DNA of 49,879 nt, taken from the NCBI GenBank assembly GCA_947631475.1, contig CANRLI010000002.1, positions 1 through 49,879 of the forward strand, written 5' to 3'. The position numbers and the translations under genes are program-made. Numbering within the stretch: position 1 is the stretch's first letter; every line of letters starts with the position of its first letter. The notes under the pieces are model-generated. The model had not been told where the DNA came from and did not search any database. It worked only from the letters and a program-made list of their open reading frames with translations. The stretch is from an uncultured Bacilli bacterium (lineage in GTDB: Bacteria; Bacillota_I; Bacilli_A; RF39; UBA660). Positions 45,282 through 49,879 of this stretch are shown here, in pieces.

Positions 45282-46635
45282 TTTCATCTTCCTTTTCAGT
45301 GGCTAGGAAATTTTTAAAATTACTCATATTTAATTCAAATAATAGTTTAAAGGCTCCTGTACCACCCTTACGATGTTTAGCAATAATAATGTCTGCTACA
45401 ACATTTGTTTCTTTATTTAATTCTTCTTTTTTGCGATAATAGTCCGCACGGTTAATAAATAATACTAAATCTGCATCTTGTTCAATTGAGCCTGACTCAC
45501 GTAAGTCAGCTAACATTGGTTGGTTGCTTTCTCTTTTTTCGGCACTACGTGATAATTGAGCAAGAGCAATTACGGGAACTTTTAATTCCATAGCCATTGT
45601 TTTGAAAGCACGGGAAATTTCTGATACTTCTTGTTGACGAGATTCAGGTCGACGACCTCCGCTCGTAACTAACTGTAAGTAATCGATTATTATTAAACCT
45701 AAGCCTTCTTCACGGTTAGCAAGGTTACGACATTTAGCTTTGATTTCGGCAGCGGTAATACTTCCATCATCAACAATTTGAATATTTGTTTCCGATAATT
45801 GACTATTAGCTTCATTAACGCGTTTCCAATCTTCATGATTCATTTGACCAGTTTGAAGTTTATATGAATCAATTTGACCAACTGCTGAACGCATTCTATT
45901 TACTAATTGTTCAGCTGACATTTCTAAGTTAAAAATAGCTACTGCTTTTTGACCTAAATGTTTGGCAGCATTAACTGCAAGATTTAACGCAAAGGCCGTT
46001 TTACCCATACCAGGTCGAGCGGCAATAATTATTAATTCACCTTCATGAAAGCCTGTAGTTGCTTTATCTAAATCATAAAAGCCACTAGGAACCCCAGTAA
46101 CTGAGGATTTATTTTGAGATAAACTTTCTAGTTGCTCTTGGGCTCTAGCAATAGCATCCTTGATGTGGATAAAATCACTTGTTTCTCTTTCTTTTACCAC
46201 ATTTAAAATCTTTTTCTCTGCATCATCTAGCGTATGGGAAATATCTTCGTCTTCTTCATATGCATTAGTAATTATGTCTGTAGCCGTATCAATTAAGTTA
46301 CGAATAACTGCTTTATCTTTAACAATCTTAATATAGTAGTCTAAATTAGCAGCTGTGGCAACTGAATCAATGACTTCACCAATGTATTCAATTCCTCCAA
46401 TTGATAGTAAATTTTTCTTTTTATCTAATTCTTCTTTAACAGTTGTTATATCAACGGGAATTTTATTATCGTAACAGCTTTTAATAGCAGCAAATAACTT
46501 TTTATTTGCATCACTATAAAACATATCTTCGTTTAATTCATCACAAATTTTGGTTAAAGCATTTTTATTTAGAAATGCAACACCTAAAACACTCATTTCC
46601 GCCTCTAAGTTTTGAGGCATTTTTCTTGTTGCCAT
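45274..46635 (-). CDS. dnaB: replicative DNA helicase (DnaB family; DnaC in Bacillus nomenclature)
   Basis: 453 aa. PQNLEAEMSVLG, Walker A ARPGMGKTAF, IIIDYLQL. No intein. Confidence 0.96.
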   Translation of the reverse strand: MATRKMPQNLEAEMSVLGVAFLNKNALTKICDELNEDMFYSDANKKLFAAIKSCYDNKIPVDITTVKEELDKKKNLLSIGGIEYIGEVIDSVATAANLDYYIKIVKDKAVIRNLIDTATDIITNAYEEDEDISHTLDDAEKKILNVVKERETSDFIHIKDAIARAQEQLESLSQNKSSVTGVPSGFYDLDKATTGFHEGELIIIAARPGMGKTAFALNLAVNAAKHLGQKAVAIFNLEMSAEQLVNRMRSAVGQIDSYKLQTGQMNHEDWKRVNEANSQLSETNIQIVDDGSITAAEIKAKCRNLANREEGLGLIIIDYLQLVTSGGRRPESRQQEVSEISRAFKTMAMELKVPVIALAQLSRSAEKRESNQPMLADLRESGSIEQDADLVLFINRADYYRKKEELNKETNVVADIIIAKHRKGGTGAFKLLFELNMSNFKNFLATEKEDENE

Positions 46636-46641
46636 ATATAC

Positions 46642-47082
46642 CTACTTTCTAAGAGTTACTTTTATTTCACCCTCTACTTTTTTATGTAGTTGAATTTTAA
46701 CAATATGTGTACCTAATGTATCAATTGGGTCAATAATGTTAATTTTCTTTTTATCGATGTCGAAACCTTTTTCTTTTAATTTTTCACAAATTTGTTTAGA
46801 AGAAATAGTTCCAAAAACTTTATCTTGATCACCAGTTTTTACAGGAATAATTATTTCAATATTTTGTAATTCTTTAGCTAATTCTTGACATTCAGCAACA
46901 AGTGACTCTTCTAAAGCTTTTTGCTTATCTAGTTTTTTAGCTAATATTTTTTTACTTGATTCAGTTGCAGCAACCGCAAGACCATTTTTAATCAAAAAAT
47001 TTCGAGCATATCCATCACTAACTTCGATTATTTGATCTTTCTTACCTTGTTTTTTTACATCTTGAAGTAAGATAACTTTCAT
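46642..47082 (-). CDS. rplI: 50S ribosomal protein L9
   Basis: 146 aa. [30 protein letters not shown]. Confidence 0.95.
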   Translation of the reverse strand: MKVILLQDVKKQGKKDQIIEVSDGYARNFLIKNGLAVAATESSKKILAKKLDKQKALEESLVAECQELAKELQNIEIIIPVKTGDQDKVFGTISSKQICEKLKEKGFDIDKKKINIIDPIDTLGTHIVKIQLHKKVEGEIKVTLRK

Positions 47083-47261
47083 ACAATCACTCCTTTATAA
47101 ATGTCTGTATTTTATTATATCAAATAAAGTCAAATTAATAAATACTTAGAAAAAATTAAGAATCTAATTAAACATTTTAGTGATTTAGTAACATATTATG
47201 CCTTTTAGTGCTATAATTTTATAGAGAGAGATTTTCTTCAATATTTTGGAGGAGGGATAAA

Positions 47262-48638
47262 ATGGATATTTTTGATTATAAAAATATTTATATGATTGGA
47301 ATTGGCGGTATTAGTATGAGTGGTATCGCTGAAATATTAAAAAAATGGGATTATAATGTTTGGGGTTCAGATTCTGCACAATCTAGTCAGACCGATTGGT
47401 TGGAAAGTAATGGAATTAAAGTAAATATTGGACAAAAGAAGGAAAATATTACCCCAGATATTGATTTAGTAGTTTATACTGCAGCGATTAAGGAAGATAA
47501 TCCTGAAATAATTGCCGCTAAAGAATTAAATATTCCTTTGATAGAACGTGGAGATTTTTTAGGGGAAATTACTAAATTATTTAAAGATACAATTGGAATA
47601 TCTGGTACACATGGTAAAACAAGTACAAGTAGTATGGTTGCCTACTCTTTTTTAGAAGCCAATATGGATCCGTCTATTCAAGTGGGAGCTAATTTAAAAA
47701 TAATTAATGGTAATTATCGCGTTGGACATAGTGATTATTTTATTATTGAAGCTTGTGAATATTGTGATAGTTTCTTAAAATTTAAACAAAGAAGTGCGAT
47801 TGTTTTAAATATAGATAGTGATCATTTAGATTACTTTAAAAATATTGATAATATTACAAAGAGTTTTGAAAAATATGTGTCTATGTTACCAGAAGATGGT
47901 TATCTAGTATTAAATAGAGATGATAGTAGATGTTATTCTTTAAAAGATAAGACTAAAGCTAAGGTTATTACAGTCGGTAAGGAAGATAATGCTGATTGGT
48001 ACTATAATAATGTTACTTTTAATGATGAAGGATATCCAAGTTATGATGCTTATCATAATGGCGCTTTTGTAAAAAGGATAACACTAAAGGTTACAGGAGA
48101 ACATAATGTTTTTAATAGCTTATGTTGTATTGCATTATGTGATGCTTATAATATTAATATAGATACTATTGCTCAAGCTTTACTTAAATATGATGGAGCT
48201 TCAAGAAGATTAGAATATAATGGAATGTTAAATGGAGCTAGAGTGTTTGATGATTATGGTCACCATCCTACGGAAATTATGGCTACTTATAATGGCCTTA
48301 GAAATATGAAGCATAATGAAATATGGGTAGTTTTTGAGGCGCATACTTATAGTAGGCTAAATGCTCATTTAAAAGAATTTGCACAAAGTTTAATTAATTT
48401 TGACCATATTATTCTTATTGATATATATGCTGCTCGTGAAGTTAATACTTATGATATTCACGAAGATGATTTAATTAGAGAAATTAATAATTTAGGCAAA
48501 GATGCTATTCATATTTCTGATTATGATGAAGTAATTAAATATTTAGAAGCTCATGTTAAAGAAGGAGACATAATTTTAACATTAGGAGCTGGAAATGTAA
48601 CGAAAATAGCTAATAAAATAAAAAAGATGAATAATTAA
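47262..48638 (+). CDS. murC: UDP-N-acetylmuramate--L-alanine ligase
   Basis: 458 aa. IGIGGISMSGIA, GISGTHGKTSTSSM, DDYGHHPTE. RBS GGAGGAGGG. Confidence 0.95.
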   Translation: MDIFDYKNIYMIGIGGISMSGIAEILKKWDYNVWGSDSAQSSQTDWLESNGIKVNIGQKKENITPDIDLVVYTAAIKEDNPEIIAAKELNIPLIERGDFLGEITKLFKDTIGISGTHGKTSTSSMVAYSFLEANMDPSIQVGANLKIINGNYRVGHSDYFIIEACEYCDSFLKFKQRSAIVLNIDSDHLDYFKNIDNITKSFEKYVSMLPEDGYLVLNRDDSRCYSLKDKTKAKVITVGKEDNADWYYNNVTFNDEGYPSYDAYHNGAFVKRITLKVTGEHNVFNSLCCIALCDAYNINIDTIAQALLKYDGASRRLEYNGMLNGARVFDDYGHHPTEIMATYNGLRNMKHNEIWVVFEAHTYSRLNAHLKEFAQSLINFDHIILIDIYAAREVNTYDIHEDDLIREINNLGKDAIHISDYDEVIKYLEAHVKEGDIILTLGAGNVTKIANKIKKMNN

Positions 48639-48642
48639 AAAT

Positions 48643-48672
48643 AAAACCTCGTTTTAAAAGCAACGAGGTTTT
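48643..48672. terminator. bidirectional intrinsic terminator between murC and rpsR
   Basis: aaaacctcgtt, an 8-nt loop, then aacgaggtttt, with T/A runs on both sides. Confidence 0.7.
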
Positions 48673-48685
48673 ATTTATTCATCTT

Positions 48686-48901
48686 TTATTTTACAAATGG
48701 TAAAAGGGCCATGTATCTTGCCCATTTAATTTGTTGAGCAATATGTCTTTGGTGCTTTGCACAAGCTCCTGTCATACGACGAGGCATGATTTTGCCTTTT
48801 TCATTTATATATTTAGAGACAATCATTACGTCTTTATAATCTACGCTTTTTCCAGCACACATTTGGCATATTTTTTTCTTTTTACGATAAAATTCAGCCA
48901 T
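48686..48901 (-). CDS. rpsR: 30S ribosomal protein S18
   Basis: 71 aa. VDYKDV...KGKIMPRRMTG.CAKHQR...IKWARYMALLPF. Confidence 0.95.
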   Translation of the reverse strand: MAEFYRKKKKICQMCAGKSVDYKDVMIVSKYINEKGKIMPRRMTGACAKHQRHIAQQIKWARYMALLPFVK

Positions 48902-48915
48902 TTTAAATCCTCCTT

Positions 48916-49365
48916 TTAGAATGGTAGGTCGTCATCACTTAAAGCTACCTCACTACCGAAATCTTTAAATGGATCTTCGCTAATATCTGTTGTAGCTATA
49001 TCTGTTTCAGAACCTACAAAATTATTTGAATCACTTGCATTATTAGTTCCTTTTCCACCTAGAAAAGTAACATTATCAGCAATTATTTCTGTTACATATC
49101 TTTTAGTTCCGTCTTGAGCATCATAACTTCTAGTTTGGATTCTTCCTTCAACAGCTACTTGAGTACCTTTTGTACAATATTTAGCAACATTTTCAGCTTG
49201 CTTACGCCAAGTAACACAATTAATAAAATCTGTTTCTCTTTCACCGTTTGGGTTAGTATAATTACGAGAAACAGCAACTGTAAAGGTTGTAGAATTAATT
49301 CCACTAGCAGTTGTACGCATTTCTGGATCTCTGGTTAATCTTCCGATAATTATTGCTTTATTCAT
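48916..49365 (-). CDS. ssb: single-stranded DNA-binding protein
   Basis: OB fold starting MNKAIIIGRLTRDPE, and the acidic C-terminal tip DDDLPF. Confidence 0.96.
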   Translation of the reverse strand: MNKAIIIGRLTRDPEMRTTASGINSTTFTVAVSRNYTNPNGERETDFINCVTWRKQAENVAKYCTKGTQVAVEGRIQTRSYDAQDGTKRYVTEIIADNVTFLGGKGTNNASDSNNFVGSETDIATTDISEDPFKDFGSEVALSDDDLPF

Positions 49366-49373
49366 ATCTTATC

Positions 49374-49664
49374 TTACTCCTCATCCATTTTCACAACTAA
49401 ATGTCTTAATACGTTTTCATCAAGGCCAGCTTTACGATTTAATTCAGCTTCGGCTTCTTTAGTTGCTTCAATTTGCATTACAAAGTAGTAGCCGTTTAAT
49501 TCTTTCTTGATTGGATAAGCTAATTTCTTTTCGCCAAGTTCTTTAAATTCTGTAACTTTACCGCCACAAGAACTAACAACTTTTTTCATATTTTCAGCTG
49601 TTGCTTTTACTTGATCACTTTCCATTGTTGCTTTAACAATAAACATCATTTCATATTTATTCAT
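49374..49664 (-). CDS. rpsF: 30S ribosomal protein S6
   Basis: 96 aa. MNKYEMMFIV...LAYPIKK...GYYFVM. Confidence 0.95.
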   Translation of the reverse strand: MNKYEMMFIVKATMESDQVKATAENMKKVVSSCGGKVTEFKELGEKKLAYPIKKELNGYYFVMQIEATKEAEAELNRKAGLDENVLRHLVVKMDEE

Positions 49665-49735
49665 TTTTGCACCTCCTTATGGTCTTTTCGGCTTTATATC
49701 ATGTATAAAGCAAGGAGTAAATTTCTTACTCGCTT
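49665..49735 (-). promoter_or_regulatory. rpsF 5' leader with a 5'-proximal bulged hairpin, a candidate S6:S18 autoregulatory element
   Basis: The minus-strand RNA starts about at AAGCGAGUAA-GAAAU-UUACUCCUUGCUU (49708-49735), a helix with an internal CCU bulge. About 40 nt then lead to the GGAGG RBS. Confidence 0.4.
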
Positions 49736-49738
49736 CAT

Positions 49739-49767
49739 ATTATAGCATGCGTTTTTTTTAATGTAAA
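49739..49767 (-). promoter_or_regulatory. sigma-A type promoter of rpsF-ssb-rpsR
   Basis: -35 TTTACA (49762-49767), 17-nt spacer, extended -10 TGC-TATAAT (49739-49747). Confidence 0.6.
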
Positions 49768-49814
49768 GTTTATTTAATTAGATGTTAATTAAAATAATGA
49801 AATTGTAATTTAAA

Positions 49815-49843
49815 AAATGAAGTGCACAGAAGTTGTGCAGTAA
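49815..49843 (-). terminator. candidate terminator of the gene lying beyond the right window edge
   Basis: A locally G+C-rich imperfect hairpin, gtgcaca-gaagt-tgtgcag. On the minus strand it is followed by UCAUUUUUU. Confidence 0.35.
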
Positions 49844-49879
49844 ATTTTATAATCATATATAATATCTTTTAAGCAATTT

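Overview
This is a very AT-rich Bacillota-type chromosomal segment that uses the standard bacterial code. TGA acts as a stop, and conserved genes read through at full length. About four fifths of the genes lie on the minus strand, and almost all are core housekeeping genes.

Gene content, in window order:
- an unknown ORF running in from the left edge, followed by a large Cys-rich repeat surface protein
- pheS-pheT behind a Phe T-box leader
- three poorly characterised genes: a polytopic membrane protein, a small protein and a 665-aa coiled-coil protein
- the complete S10-spc-alpha ribosomal protein cluster, rpsJ to rplQ, including an rpmJ that the ORF track missed, plus secY, adk, infA and rpoA
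- a glycolytic cluster: TGS/uridine-kinase-like gene, gap, pgk, tpiA, a Spo0A-family gene and gpmI
- an NlpC/P60 hydrolase, a 516-aa orphan and whiA
- ftsE-ftsX with a coiled-coil M23 peptidase
- yitT-like, gerQ, an MBL hydrolase, lemA, ung and a 112-aa orphan
- rplI, dnaB, a LysM/M23 peptidase, a yycJ-like gene and rlmH
- murC, then rpsF-ssb-rpsR

I found no rRNA, tRNA, CRISPR array, transposase, integrase, prophage remnant or recognisable defence or toxin-antitoxin module. I do not see a convincing novel multi-gene system in this window.

The items most worth a second look are:
1. the ~850-aa membrane-anchored protein built from about 20 two-cysteine repeats, with recent intragenic duplications
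2. a Spo0A-family regulator with an apparently degenerate receiver domain, embedded in the pgk-tpiA transcription unit
3. oppositely charged low-complexity tails on ribosomal proteins L3 and L24
4. several orphan proteins: the 665-aa coiled-coil, the 516-aa internally duplicated protein, and the 112-aa protein upstream of ung

All family assignments come from by-eye comparison with remembered family signatures. No searches or RNA folding were run.
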